From positions 6,922 through 70,921 of the forward strand of contig WYBS01000091.1 in the NCBI GenBank assembly GCA_011525755.1: DNA of 64,000 bases, read 5' to 3'. Numbering within the stretch: the stretch's first letter is position 1; each line of letters starts with the position of its first letter. Positions 8,429 to 18,552 of this stretch are shown piece by piece. Origin of the DNA: Planctomycetaceae bacterium (GTDB lineage: Bacteria; Planctomycetota; PLA2). The notes beneath the pieces were generated by a model. It ran no database searches. It was not told the origin of the DNA and saw only the letters and a program-made list of their open reading frames with translations. The position numbers and the translations under genes are program-made.

Positions 8429-9676
8429 GTGCCGCAAGTCAACGTGGCCGCTAGAATTCAGCCTGTGAACGAGGTTCGCGCGCTCCTCTCCGCGCACGCG
8501 AGGCGCCGGGCCACCGCCCGCGCCCGCCGCTCCGCGGGGCGGATCGTCCTCCTCGGCGGCGCGGCCGTCGCGGTCCTCCTCTTCCTCGAGCGCGCGGGAT
8601 ACCTCCCGGTGCCGTGGGTGGGGGGGCTCGGGGGGGAGGACAAGGTCCTCTCCTGGGTGGTCGTCTCGATCGCGGGGCTGCTGCAGGGCGTCGTCCTCCT
8701 GGCGGCGCTCTTCCTGCTCGCGTTCCTCGTGCGCGCCGCGGGGCCGCCGTTCCTGAAGCCCGGGATCCCGGCCGTCGCGCGCGAGATCGACGCGCGGCTC
8801 TCGACGGACCGATTCTCCTCCGCGCTCGAGGCGACGGGCCCGCTCGCGGCGCTCGCAGGCCGGCGCGCCGCGGAGAAGCCGCCGCCCGGCGATCTCTTCG
8901 CGCTCCCTTCACGCCGCGGCGAGCGCTGGCTCGCCCGCCTCGTCGTGCTCCTCGTCCTCCTCGTCGCCGTCCTTCCCGGGAAGGCGCCCGCGCAGGAGGG
9001 GGGGCTCGCCACGCGCGAGGAGGGCGGTCGCGAGGAGGGCGACCTCGTGCTCAGGCTCATCGGGACGAAGGAGATCGTCGATCCGAAGCTCCCGGTGCCG
9101 GTGCAGGTGATCCTCGAATCCTCCGTCGCGCCCGCCGCCGACTTCACGTTCCCGATTTCCATACGGATCGACGGGCGGAAGGACGACCCGACCGGCGCGA
9201 CGCTCTTCCTCCCGGCGGGGGCGCCGGGGCAGGACGCGGTCGGGCTCGACCTCCGCCCGTGGGTCGAGGATCTCCCGCCCGGCGAGCACGTCGCCGTCGC
9301 CCTTGCGGGGATCCTCGAGAGCAACGAGTACCGGTTCCGGATCGAGGGGCCGTCGGGCGGCGAGAGCGAGAGCCCGGAGTCGAAGCCCCCCCCGGAGCCC
9401 CCCCCGGTGCCGCAGCCGCAGGGGGGCGGACCGCAGGATGCGAAGCCCAAGTTCGTGGAGCCGCTGGTCAAGGGAGAGGACCAGGTCACGAAGAAAGCGA
9501 AGGTGCCGATCGAGGTGCCCGAGGGCGGCGGCGCGCAGCAGGAGAAGCCGATCGAGGAGGCGTGGCCGGAGCTGGAGCGCCGCCGCGAGGAGGCGCTCAA
9601 CAGGCCGGGGCTCTCGCCCGCCGCGAGAAAGCTCGTGCGCGAGTACTTCGAGCGGCTGCGGCCGGAGGGGAAGTGA
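8429..9676 (+). CDS. membrane protein with N-terminal 2-TM domain and C-terminal 'LVREYFERLRP' motif (possibly DUF4175-like), first gene of a DUF58/BatA cluster
   Basis: GTG start. TM helices 'IVLLGGAAVAVLLFL' and 'VVVSIAGLLQGVVLLAALFLLAFLV'. The N-terminal domain resembles that of the 752-aa protein at 55707-57965. The C-terminus resembles the 253-aa protein at 51608-52369. Stop overlaps the DUF58 start (GTGA). Confidence 0.55.
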   Translation: MPQVNVAARIQPVNEVRALLSAHARRRATARARRSAGRIVLLGGAAVAVLLFLERAGYLPVPWVGGLGGEDKVLSWVVVSIAGLLQGVVLLAALFLLAFLVRAAGPPFLKPGIPAVAREIDARLSTDRFSSALEATGPLAALAGRRAAEKPPPGDLFALPSRRGERWLARLVVLLVLLVAVLPGKAPAQEGGLATREEGGREEGDLVLRLIGTKEIVDPKLPVPVQVILESSVAPAADFTFPISIRIDGRKDDPTGATLFLPAGAPGQDAVGLDLRPWVEDLPPGEHVAVALAGILESNEYRFRIEGPSGGESESPESKPPPEPPPVPQPQGGGPQDAKPKFVEPLVKGEDQVTKKAKVPIEVPEGGGAQQEKPIEEAWPELERRREEALNRPGLSPAARKLVREYFERLRPEGK

Positions 9677-10527
9677 TCTTCACCGCGCAGGAGATCGCGC
9701 AGCTCCGGCATCTCGAGCTCCTCGCGGCGAAGGTCGTGCGCGGGCAGCTCTCGGGCGAGCGCGCGATGCGGAAGCCCGGCCCCGGGAGCGGGTTCCGCGA
9801 GCACCGCGCCTACCACCCGGGCGACGCGCTGCGCACGGTCGACTGGCACGCGTACGCGCGCATGGACGCGCTCGTCGTGAAGGAGTTCGACGCGGAGGAG
9901 GCGCTCGACCTCGTGCTGTTGCAGGACTGCTCGGGCAGCATGGCGGGCGCCGCGGCGGCGTGCGCGGCGAAGGTGTGCGCGGCGCTCGGCGCGATCGCGC
10001 TCCAGCAGCTCGACCGCGTGCTCTGGATCCCGGTCGGCGGCGGGCGCGCGGCGGAGTCGTTCTCCGGGCGAGCGCGGCTCGCGGACCTGCTCGAGAAGGC
10101 GGACGCGGAGGCATCGGGGCGGACGAATCTCCTCGGCGCGGCGCGCGCGTCGCTGCCGCGGGCGGCTCGCGGCGGCGTCGCGTTCCTCGTCTCGGACTTC
10201 TTCGACCCCTCGAGCGCGACGGCCGCGCTCACGTTCCTCCTCGGGAGGCGCTATCGCGTGCACGCGATCCTCGTCGAGGACCGCGAGGCGCTGAAGCCGC
10301 CGCCGCTCGGCCGCGTGAGACTCGTGGACCGCGAGACGGGCGAGGCGAAGACGCTCGACCTCACCGACCAGACCGTCGCGGAGTACCGCAGGTCGCGCGA
10401 GGCGCGGATCGAGGGGCTCCGCCACTTCTGCCGGCGCGCGGGCGCGGGGTTCCTGCGCGTGCGAGCGGACCAGCCCTTCTTCGAGATCGTGCGGGCGGCG
10501 ATCGCCCGAGGGTGGCTCGGCCGGTGA
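9673..10527 (+). CDS. DUF58 domain protein
   Basis: 'REHRAYHPGDALRTVDWHAYARMDALVVKEFDAEE' is the DUF58 signature. GTGA overlaps on both sides. Confidence 0.8.
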   Translation: MIFTAQEIAQLRHLELLAAKVVRGQLSGERAMRKPGPGSGFREHRAYHPGDALRTVDWHAYARMDALVVKEFDAEEALDLVLLQDCSGSMAGAAAACAAKVCAALGAIALQQLDRVLWIPVGGGRAAESFSGRARLADLLEKADAEASGRTNLLGAARASLPRAARGGVAFLVSDFFDPSSATAALTFLLGRRYRVHAILVEDREALKPPPLGRVRLVDRETGEAKTLDLTDQTVAEYRRSREARIEGLRHFCRRAGAGFLRVRADQPFFEIVRAAIARGWLGR

Positions 10528-12209
10528 TCGAGTTCCTCGACCCCCTTGGGTTCCTCCTCGGCATCGCGGCGGCGGGCGTGCTCGCCGCGCACCTCCTGCG
10601 GCGGCGCGCGCGGAAGCACGTCGTGCCCTTCCTGCAGCTCTGGACGGCGACGCTCGGCCTCCATCCGGGCGGCTTCGGTGCCCGCGTGGCGCGGTGGCTC
10701 GACCTCGCGCTCGTGCTCCTCGCGTGCGCGCTGATCGCCTTGGCCGCGGGGGGGCCGCGGCTGCCGGGCACCCCCGACCGCGTGCGCGACCTGGTCCTCG
10801 TGCTCGACGGCGGCGTGTCGCTGCGCGCCGGGAACCGTCACGCGAATCTGCGCAAGGTCGCCGAGGCGGAGATCCGGCGCCGCGCGAAGGGGACGCGGTT
10901 CGCGGTGATCGGCGTCGCGGACGAGGGCGCGACGCTCTGGACGGGAGCCGACGTGGCGGGCGCGGTCGCCGCCGTGCGCGCGCACGGCGCCGGCTGGACC
11001 GACGCCCCGCGCGACGAGGCGCTGGAGCTCGCGCGCGCCGCTGCGGAGGGGCTCTTCGATCCCGACGTCGTGCTCGTCGCGCACCGGCGCGGCCGCGCGG
11101 AGGGCATGCGCCTGCGGACGGTCGTCGAGGAGGTCGTCAACGCGGGGATCGCGTCGCTCGCGGTGGTCGGCGATCCCGAGAGCGGCGGCTCCGTGGCGCG
11201 CCTTCTCCTGCGCGGGGATGGGATGGTCTCCGTGGAAGGGAAGGGGGAGGTCGAGGTCCGCGGGACGGCGGAGGTGGCGGTGCCTCTCCCGGCGTCCGGC
11301 GAGAAGACGATCGCGGTCAAGGCCGCGGGCGACGGGTTCGCGCCGGACGACGTCGCCTACCTCCTGCTCTCGGAGCCCCCGCGCCCCCGGTTGATCGTCG
11401 TCTCGGAGGGCGATCCGTCGCCCTTCCTCGTCGCCGCGCTCTTGGCGCTCGAGAGCACGGGGATGATCCAGGGCCCGCTCGACCGGACGACGCCCGCGCA
11501 CGCGGTCGAGGCGGCAGGGCGGTACGACCTGCTCGTGTTCGACCGGTGCGCGCCGCCGGAGCGGATCCCGGGAGCGCCGGCGCTCTACCTCGCGCCGCCG
11601 GGCGGGGCGCTGCCGTTCCGCATGGGCGACGAGGGGGACGCGTCGGCGCTCTTCGGGGTGGAGAAGGAGCACCCGCTGCTGCTCGGATTCGACTTCTCGC
11701 GCGTGGCGCCGCTCAGGGCGCGTGCGATCCTCGGGGGCGACGCGGTGGCGACGGCGGCGCCGGGGCCGGTGGTCGCCGCGTCGCGGGGCTGGGTGGCGCT
11801 CGGCTTCGACCCGGACCGGTCGCTCCTCGCGGCGTCGCCCGCGTACCCGCTGCTCCTCCGGAACGCGGTCGAGTACCTCGCGCCAACGGCGTCGGCGGAG
11901 CGGCCGGAGTTCTACGCGATCGGCGAGGCGTCGCCGGAGACGGGGCTCGCGGCGATCGAGGGGCACGGGACGATCCGGGTCGCCGGCCAGCTGCTCGGCC
12001 CGCCGGGCTTCTGGCGGATGCAGGGCGCGACGCTCGCGGTGAACTTCCTCGCGAAGGATCTCGACCTCGCGCCGCCGGACGAGCCGTCGGACCCGCTGCC
12101 CGACGTGGGGGAGCCCGGCGTGCCGGCGCGCCCGCTCGCGCCGCACTTCGCGGCCGCGGCGATCGTGCTCCTGCTGCTCGCATGGTGGGCGTTCTGGAGG
12201 ACGCCGTGA
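10524..12209 (+). CDS. BatA-like aerotolerance-regulator N-terminal domain protein with large extracytoplasmic region
   Basis: N-terminus 'IEFLDPLGFLLGIAAAGVLAAHLLRRRARKHVVPFLQLW' matches the BatA N-terminal double-TM pattern. C-terminal TM 'AAAIVLLLLAWWAF'. Confidence 0.7.
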   Translation: MIEFLDPLGFLLGIAAAGVLAAHLLRRRARKHVVPFLQLWTATLGLHPGGFGARVARWLDLALVLLACALIALAAGGPRLPGTPDRVRDLVLVLDGGVSLRAGNRHANLRKVAEAEIRRRAKGTRFAVIGVADEGATLWTGADVAGAVAAVRAHGAGWTDAPRDEALELARAAAEGLFDPDVVLVAHRRGRAEGMRLRTVVEEVVNAGIASLAVVGDPESGGSVARLLLRGDGMVSVEGKGEVEVRGTAEVAVPLPASGEKTIAVKAAGDGFAPDDVAYLLLSEPPRPRLIVVSEGDPSPFLVAALLALESTGMIQGPLDRTTPAHAVEAAGRYDLLVFDRCAPPERIPGAPALYLAPPGGALPFRMGDEGDASALFGVEKEHPLLLGFDFSRVAPLRARAILGGDAVATAAPGPVVAASRGWVALGFDPDRSLLAASPAYPLLLRNAVEYLAPTASAERPEFYAIGEASPETGLAAIEGHGTIRVAGQLLGPPGFWRMQGATLAVNFLAKDLDLAPPDEPSDPLPDVGEPGVPARPLAPHFAAAAIVLLLLAWWAFWRTP

Positions 12210-12583
12210 TCCGGCCGGCGAGACCGACGGACTGGGGGAGCCAGGTCTTCCGCACCGCGCTGCTGCTGGGAGGGTGCTCGGTCTTCGAGCGGGAGGGCGA
12301 GGTCCTCGGCTACGTGGGCCTCGACTACTCGTTCTACGGCAACGGGTTCGTGTCGCACCTCTTCGTGCGCGAGGACGCGCGGCGCGAGGGCATCGGCGAG
12401 GCGCTCCTGCGCCACGCGATGGCGTCGTGCCGGACGGAGAAGCTCTTCACGTCGACGAACCTGTCGAACGCGCCGATGCAGGCGCTGCTCGGGAAGCTCG
12501 GTTTCGAGCTGACCGGCGTGGTCCACAACCTCGACCGCGGCGACCCGGAGCTCGTGTACCTGCGCCGCGCGGCCACGGGGTAG
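12206..12583 (+). CDS. GNAT family N-acetyltransferase
   Basis: 'VIRPARPTDW' is a typical GNAT start (GTG in a GTGA overlap). 'LFVREDARREGIGEALLRHAM' is the acetyl-CoA-binding motif. Confidence 0.7.
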   Translation: MIRPARPTDWGSQVFRTALLLGGCSVFEREGEVLGYVGLDYSFYGNGFVSHLFVREDARREGIGEALLRHAMASCRTEKLFTSTNLSNAPMQALLGKLGFELTGVVHNLDRGDPELVYLRRAATG

Positions 12584-12872
12584 GTCGTGCGCTCAACGCT
12601 TCGATGGGCGGCGAGCCCGCGCGCTTGCGCATCTCGGCGAGCGTGAGGTCCTCCCCTTCCGCCGGACCTCGATCAGCTTCCTGAAGGCTCCGCGGCTGGC
12701 TCGCGCGGGTGGTGCGCAACGCCGCGCGCAGCCGGTAGGCGGCGCCCTGCTCGGTGTAACACCCGTGTGACCTCGTTCCGAAGAGGGAGATCGCCACGGT
12801 CCTTCTGATCGCGCATCGCCGGTCCGTGCACGACCGAGTGACCGCCCGCATGCGGTCGAAGCCCTGATCCGC

Positions 12873-14009
12873 CTACGCGGAGAGGGACCGTTCCAGATCC
12901 CCTGCGAGCGTCTCGTACGGCTCGAGGCCGACCGAGAGGCGGATGAGGCCGTCGGCGATGCCCGCCCGCGCGCGATCCGCCGGCGGCACCATCGCGTGAG
13001 ACGTGTGCAGGGGCAGCGACGCGATCGACTCCACGCCGCCGAGCGACGGGGCCCGGCCGATCACACGGAACCGGTCATATACCCGCGCCGCCCCCGCGAG
13101 ACCGCCAAGGACCTCGAACGTGAGCATCGCCCCCGGCAATTCCATCTGCCGCTTCGCCACCGCGAAGTCCGGATGGCCCTCGAGCCCCGGGTAGTGCACG
13201 GCCGCGACGCCCTTCCGGCCCGCGAGCCACCGCGCCAGCCGCCCCGCCGTCTCCGCCTGCTGCCGCGCGCGGAGCGCAAGCGTCTTCATCGATCGCGCGA
13301 CGAGCCAAGCCGTGTCCGGGCCGAGGATCCCGCCCGTCCGCCGCCGGAACCCCTCGATCGCCGCGAGCTGCTCGTGTTGTCCCCCTAGGACCCCCCCGAT
13401 CGCGTCCGAATGGCCGCCGAGATACTTCGTCGCGCTGTGCATCACGAGATCCGCGCCGAGCGAGCACACCCTTTGCAGGGGCGGCGGCGCGAAGGTCGCG
13501 TCCACCGAGAGCAGCGCGCCCTTCGCGTGCGCGACCTCCGCGACGCGCGCGACGTCGACCACCCGGCAGAGCGGGTTCGTCGGCGTCTCGATGTGCACGA
13601 GCCGCACGTGGTCCGGCAGCGCGAGGTCGCCGAACGGGTCGAACCGCACGACGCGGATCCCGAAACGCGACAGATCCTTGTCGATCATCGCCATCGTCCC
13701 GCCGTACAGGTCGCGCGCGACCGCGATCGGACCCTCGCCGAGCGGCGCGCAGAAGAGCGCGTGGAGCGCGGCCATGCCCGACGCGAACGACACCGCTCCG
13801 TCGCAGCCCTCCGCCTCGGCGACCGCGCTCTCGAACGCGCGCGCCGCCGGGTGGCCGTAGCGGGCGTAGAACTCGCCCGGGCGCTCCCCGGCGCCCACGG
13901 CGCGGAGCGCCTCGGCACTCTCGTGCGCGAACGTCGTCGCGCGGGCAAGGGTGGGGGCGAGGGGGCCCAGGGGGGGCGCGGCATCGCCGCGGCAGCCGTA
14001 GGGTTTCAT
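12873..14009 (-). CDS. PLP-dependent trans-sulfuration enzyme (cystathionine gamma-synthase/beta-lyase family)
   Basis: 'MHSATKYLGGHSD' carries the PLP lysine. 'VHIETPTNPL'. Start chosen at 'MKPYGC...'. Confidence 0.85.
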   Translation of the reverse strand: MKPYGCRGDAAPPLGPLAPTLARATTFAHESAEALRAVGAGERPGEFYARYGHPAARAFESAVAEAEGCDGAVSFASGMAALHALFCAPLGEGPIAVARDLYGGTMAMIDKDLSRFGIRVVRFDPFGDLALPDHVRLVHIETPTNPLCRVVDVARVAEVAHAKGALLSVDATFAPPPLQRVCSLGADLVMHSATKYLGGHSDAIGGVLGGQHEQLAAIEGFRRRTGGILGPDTAWLVARSMKTLALRARQQAETAGRLARWLAGRKGVAAVHYPGLEGHPDFAVAKRQMELPGAMLTFEVLGGLAGAARVYDRFRVIGRAPSLGGVESIASLPLHTSHAMVPPADRARAGIADGLIRLSVGLEPYETLAGDLERSLSA

Positions 14010-14179
14010 GCGTGCCTCACTTGCCCTGCGCGAGGCGCCGGCTCGAAATCGTGTAGACCGGGAGGATCCCGTACTCGGCAGGGACCCGTTCCAGCAGCTC
14101 GCGGCGCGACATGCCGCCATTCTATCCGCGGGACCGGCGGGATTTTGCACCCCGCGGCCCGCGCGGCACAATAGGCGCC

Positions 14180-14995
14180 ATGAGAAGAGCCCTCCTCCTC
14201 TCCCTCGCGCTCCCTCTCCTCCTCGCCACCTGCAAGACGAGCCCGTATACGGGCCGGAAGCAACTCCACCTCTTCAGCGAATCGCAGATGAACGAGATGG
14301 GAGCGCAGGCGTACGTGGAGATGACGAGCTCCTCCTCGGTGAAGCTCATCACGGATGCGACGTACTTCGGCCCCCTCCAGGAGGTCGGCGGCGCGATCGC
14401 GCAGGCCGCGAACAAGCCGTCGTTCAAGTGGGAGTTCAAACTGATCGACGACCCGGAGACGGTCAACGCGTGGTGCCTGCCGGGCGGGAAGATCGCGTTC
14501 TACACCGCGATCTATCCGGTCCTCGTGGACACGAACGGGATGGCGATCGTCATGGGCCACGAGGTGATGCACGCGCTCCTCGAGCACGGGAACGAGCGGA
14601 TGAGCCAGAGCACGTTCGCGAACGGGATCCTCGCGGCGAGCTCGATCGCGCTCTCGAGCAACCAGTACCACGACCAGATCATCGGGCTCATCGGCGCGGG
14701 CGCGACCATCGGCGTGCTCCTGCCGTACAGCCGGAAGCACGAGAGCGAGGCGGACGAACAGGGGCTCTACCTCGCGGCGAAGGCGGGCTACGACCCGGAG
14801 GCGGGAATCCAGGTGTGGGAGCGCATGGCGAAGCTCTCGGAGGGCGCGCGGCCGCCGGAGTTCCTCTCGACGCACCCGGACCCGCGGAACCGCATCAAGA
14901 ACATGCAGAAGTGGATGCCCAAGGCGAAGCAGCTCTACGCGCAGTCGCAGAGGAAGACGAACCGGAAGCTCGCGATCCCGCCGGGCGTGAAGTAG
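14180..14995 (+). CDS. M48 family metallopeptidase lipoprotein
   Basis: Lipobox 'LLLATCK'. HExxH in 'MGHEVMHALLEHGNER'. A downstream Glu is in 'HESEADEQG'. Confidence 0.8.
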   Translation: MRRALLLSLALPLLLATCKTSPYTGRKQLHLFSESQMNEMGAQAYVEMTSSSSVKLITDATYFGPLQEVGGAIAQAANKPSFKWEFKLIDDPETVNAWCLPGGKIAFYTAIYPVLVDTNGMAIVMGHEVMHALLEHGNERMSQSTFANGILAASSIALSSNQYHDQIIGLIGAGATIGVLLPYSRKHESEADEQGLYLAAKAGYDPEAGIQVWERMAKLSEGARPPEFLSTHPDPRNRIKNMQKWMPKAKQLYAQSQRKTNRKLAIPPGVK

Positions 14996-15020
14996 GTGGG
15001 GGTGGGGCGCGGGGAGGGGG

Positions 15021-16319
15021 TCAGCCCCCGAACCGCCAGACGATCTCGTACTCCTCCGGCATGTCCTTGAACGCCTCCGGGACCGGAACCGCCGCCTGGA
15101 GGCGCACGCCGGGCTCGTACTGGAGCCGTTCGCCGGTGTAGGGGTCCTCGACCCACTTCTCCCCGACGAGCGGGACCACGGCGTCGAGCGACTCGGGCCA
15201 ATCGCCCGTCTCCTGCTTGAGTGCGAGGAGCGCGAGTCCGACGCGGGCGATGCGGATGCTCGCCTGATGTCTCAGGCGGTTCTTGAAGGCGGCGACGCTC
15301 AGCCCACCGAAGATGTTGCGGAAGAGCATGCCGCCGCGGTGCTCCTCGTCCAGCCGCTTCGCGGCCGTCAGCGCCTCCCGCGGGGGCGGGTCCACGAGAC
15401 GCAGGTTCTCCTCCATCAGGCTCAGGACGAGCAGCGCCTCCCGGTACGCGAGCGGCCGGGCGAGCCAAGAGGCCGAGATTGTGTCTGCGGTCGTCCAATC
15501 GATCTCGTCCGGCGAGGTGCCGCTTCTCTCCTCGGCGATCCGGAAGAGGCTGTCGCCATCGATCCAGCGGCGCATGGTGCTCAACCCCAGCACTCTCTGG
15601 CCACGGAACGCTTCCGTCAGCGGGCCGGGGTCGTCCGCCGATGCGAGGCGGCCGTCGAGGAGCGCCCGCGCCGCGGCAGCGTCGAAGCCAGGTTTCCTCG
15701 CCGCCTCTTCGAGCATTTCGGCGGCAGTGTGCTGGAAGGTCCACCGCACGAAAGCCTCGATCACGGTTGAACACTCGAGCTTCGGCGCGAGGTCCAGCAT
15801 GATGGCGACGAGGCGGAGGGCGTCGGGCGCGCGCTCGGCGTAGCGAGCGCGGTGCCGAAGGTAGGCGTGCGTGTCCCAGGCCATGCCGATGACTGGCACC
15901 TCCATGTCCCAGCCCTTCTCCCACTTGAGGTCCTGCCACATGTCCGCCTTCGCGGCGGCGCGGGCGAGGAGATCGATGTACGGGTCGCCGCCGCCAAGGT
16001 ACTCGGCCACCGCCTCCCGGTCGCCCTCATCCCACTCCTCCTCAGGGCGGGCGGTGAGGAGCACCGCGGGGATGTGAAGGTTCGCCTGATACCAGGCGTG
16101 CGCCTCCTCCCACAGAGGCGCGGCGTTGTCCTCGTCCGGGGGCTTCGGGCGGCAGAGGTCCTTCAGTTCCACCGGCTCGCCGGCGGCGCGCAGCTCCTCG
16201 ATCCGCCTCTCGAACTCCCACTTGAGCGCGAGCGTCCAGCCCGCGTGCGCCGTAAGCAGCGCCGCGACCGGCAGCACCAGCCAGCGCACCCACCAGCGGC
16301 GCAACAGCCGACGGATCAA
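15021..16319 (-). CDS. hypothetical Trp-rich secreted/membrane-anchored protein
   Basis: Long ORF with a plausible TTG start giving 'MIRRLLRRWWVRWLVLPVAALLTAHA'. No recognised domain. High GC3. Confidence 0.45.
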   Translation of the reverse strand: MIRRLLRRWWVRWLVLPVAALLTAHAGWTLALKWEFERRIEELRAAGEPVELKDLCRPKPPDEDNAAPLWEEAHAWYQANLHIPAVLLTARPEEEWDEGDREAVAEYLGGGDPYIDLLARAAAKADMWQDLKWEKGWDMEVPVIGMAWDTHAYLRHRARYAERAPDALRLVAIMLDLAPKLECSTVIEAFVRWTFQHTAAEMLEEAARKPGFDAAAARALLDGRLASADDPGPLTEAFRGQRVLGLSTMRRWIDGDSLFRIAEERSGTSPDEIDWTTADTISASWLARPLAYREALLVLSLMEENLRLVDPPPREALTAAKRLDEEHRGGMLFRNIFGGLSVAAFKNRLRHQASIRIARVGLALLALKQETGDWPESLDAVVPLVGEKWVEDPYTGERLQYEPGVRLQAAVPVPEAFKDMPEEYEIVWRFGG

Positions 16320-16768
16320 AGGCGCCTCCGCAGCGCTTCGTACAACGTGATGCCCACCGCCGTGCTCACGTTCAGCGACCGCGCGCGCGGGTCCACGATC
16401 GGGAGGCGCGTGAGCCGGTCCCGGTAGCGCTCGCGCGCGGCGGGGGGGAGGCCCTTGCTCTCGCTCCCGAACACGAACACCGCCTCGTCCGGGATCTCCA
16501 CCTCGAACAGGTTCCCGGGGCCCTCCACCGTCATGAAGAACGGGACGCCGAGCCTCGGAATCTCGGCCTCGAACGCCTCGAAGGAGTCGTGCACGACCGG
16601 GTCCACGTGCTCCCAGTAGTCGAGCCCGGCCCGCCGGAGCCACCGCTCGCCCAGGTGGAACCCGAGCGGCCGCACGAGGTGGAGTTTCGCCCCCGCCGCG
16701 AGGCACGTGCGACCGGCATTCCCCGTGTTCCACGGGATCTCCGGCTCGACGAGTACGACGTGCAACAT
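16316..16768 (-). CDS. trmL: tRNA (cytidine/uridine-2'-O-)-methyltransferase, SpoU/TrmL family
   Basis: 'MLHVVLVEPEIPWNTGNAGRTC...LHLVRPLGF' is TrmL-like (about 150 aa). Confidence 0.8.
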   Translation of the reverse strand: MLHVVLVEPEIPWNTGNAGRTCLAAGAKLHLVRPLGFHLGERWLRRAGLDYWEHVDPVVHDSFEAFEAEIPRLGVPFFMTVEGPGNLFEVEIPDEAVFVFGSESKGLPPAARERYRDRLTRLPIVDPRARSLNVSTAVGITLYEALRRRL

Positions 16769-16919
16769 CCTGCTACCCGGCCGTAGCCGGGAAGGTCCCA
16801 TCCTAGGCGCCGTGCCGCCCCCGGACCCGCTGTTTTTCGCGGCACGAGCCGTGCAACAAACGCGTTGCGCGTGCGTTTCCAATCTTCGGGAGCGCAGGGC
16901 TCCCGGGAGGTGCAGACGA

Positions 16920-18548
16920 ATGCGAAGCCTACGGTGCGGCATCGCGGCGGCGTTCCTCTTCGCCCCGCTCGCGGCGGCGGGGGAAGGGCGCTACGACCCC
17001 AAGGTGGAGCTCGGACGGCGGCTCTTCATGGACCCGACCGTCAGCCGGGGCGGGAAGTTCTCCTGCGCCTCGTGCCACGACCCCGAGCGCGGGTTTTCCG
17101 ACCCGCGCAGGTTCTCCGAGGACGAGACCGGCACGTCGCGGCGGCACAGCCAGCCCGTCGTCGACCTCTCCCATGAGCAGCCGCTCCACTGGGACGGCGA
17201 GTTCGGCTCCCTGAATGAGCTCCTGACCGCGCGCATCGCGCCGCCCGCGGAGGCGCTCCAGGTCGCCATCGGCTCCCGCACGCGGCAGTTCGAGCGCTCG
17301 CGCGCCACGGGCCTCGAGCCGAACGAGCAGCAGTTCCAGCAGACGATCTCCCGGCTCACGCCGCCCTACTACGGCCCCGTGACGCCCGGCCGCCCGCCGC
17401 CCGTCTCGCCGGTCCTCCGCCTCGGCGAGGACGACCGCTACGACGCCGCCTTCCGCGCCGCCTACGGCTCCTCGGAGGTGACGACGAAGCGCATCATCGA
17501 CGCGCTCCACGCGTACGTCCTCTCGATCCGGTCCCTTGAGAACGCCTACGACCGCTACGCCGCGGGCGACCCGGCCGCGCTCGGCCCCGCGGAGCGCCGC
17601 GGCCTCTCGCTCTTCACCGGCAAGGCCGACTGCGCGTCGTGCCACACGATCGGCGAGTCGAGGCGCTTCACCGACGACCTCTTCCACAACACCGGCGTCG
17701 CGTTCCGCGACATCACGCTCGAGTTCGGCGGAGCCCTCGGCGGCGACGGAGGCGCGGGCGAGCTGACTTTCGTCGCGCAAGACCTCGGGAAGTTCAAGAC
17801 CCCCTCGCTCCGGGACGTCGCGCGCCGCGCGCCCTACATGCACAACGGCGCCTTCGCGACGCTCGAGGAGGTCGTCGACTACTACGACAAGGGCGGCACC
17901 CTCAACGGACGCCTCGACAAGCACGTCCGCCCGCTCGCGCTCACGGAAGGCGAGCGGGGGGATCTCGTCGCGTTCCTGAAGGCGCTCACGGGCGACGAGC
18001 GGCCGGGCGTGGGGCCCCTTCCGAAGCAGTCCCGCCGCTCGCGTCTGAAGGTCGTCGACCTGAAGGGCCGGCCGATGAAGGGGCTCACGGTCGAGGTCCA
18101 CGCCGCGGGCGACCGGCTCGACGGCGGCCGCAGGGAACCGCCGCAGATCGCGGTCACGGATCCGGAGGGTTTTCTCGCCTTCGACTTCCCGGCGTGGACC
18201 CACGTGCGCCTCGCGAGCGAGGGACATGAGATCCAGTACGGCTGGATGATCCCCGACAGCGTGCGGCAGATGACCGTCACCGCGGCGCCGACGGGAGCGG
18301 TCGCGCTCAAGGTGCGGCCGGCCGAGGGCCAGAAGCTCCCGGACCACCTCCTCGCGGGCGAGGGCGAGTCGGGGAAGCGGAAGGCCTACTTCGAGCGCGT
18401 GCGCGTGCTGCCCGACCGGAGCGCCATCTACGTCGCCGGCGCGCGCGGCGGCAAGGGGATGGCCAACGTGATGGGCCGCGAGTTCGAGATCGACCTCTCC
18501 GGCGGCTGGGCGGAGCCCCTCGACCTCCGGCCGGAGCCGCAGGGATAG
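16920..18548 (+). CDS. di-haem cytochrome c peroxidase family protein with C-terminal extension
   Basis: Two CxxCH motifs ('CASCHDP', 'CASCHTIG'). Signal peptide '[21 protein letters not shown]'. 'PYMHNGAF' conserved. About 150-aa extra C-terminal beta-rich region. Confidence 0.85.
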   Translation: MRSLRCGIAAAFLFAPLAAAGEGRYDPKVELGRRLFMDPTVSRGGKFSCASCHDPERGFSDPRRFSEDETGTSRRHSQPVVDLSHEQPLHWDGEFGSLNELLTARIAPPAEALQVAIGSRTRQFERSRATGLEPNEQQFQQTISRLTPPYYGPVTPGRPPPVSPVLRLGEDDRYDAAFRAAYGSSEVTTKRIIDALHAYVLSIRSLENAYDRYAAGDPAALGPAERRGLSLFTGKADCASCHTIGESRRFTDDLFHNTGVAFRDITLEFGGALGGDGGAGELTFVAQDLGKFKTPSLRDVARRAPYMHNGAFATLEEVVDYYDKGGTLNGRLDKHVRPLALTEGERGDLVAFLKALTGDERPGVGPLPKQSRRSRLKVVDLKGRPMKGLTVEVHAAGDRLDGGRREPPQIAVTDPEGFLAFDFPAWTHVRLASEGHEIQYGWMIPDSVRQMTVTAAPTGAVALKVRPAEGQKLPDHLLAGEGESGKRKAYFERVRVLPDRSAIYVAGARGGKGMANVMGREFEIDLSGGWAEPLDLRPEPQG

Positions 18549-18552
18549 ACGA

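Noticed and set aside
8458-12146. 655-aa and 631-aa minus-strand ORFs opposite the DUF58/BatA cluster, plus 16929-19598, 19805-21301 and 21331-23319 minus-strand ORFs
   Set aside because: They are antisense to genes with diagnostic motifs (DUF58 signature, CxxCH haem sites, IMPDH, GuaA).
12447-12851. 134-aa minus-strand ORF in the GNAT/metB-like intergenic region ('...EQGAAYRLRAALRTTRASQPRSLQEADRGPAEGEDLTLAEMRKRAG...')
   Set aside because: It is faintly reminiscent of an IS3-family OrfA helix-turn-helix, but I cannot support homology from sequence alone. There are no inverted repeats or second transposase ORF nearby.
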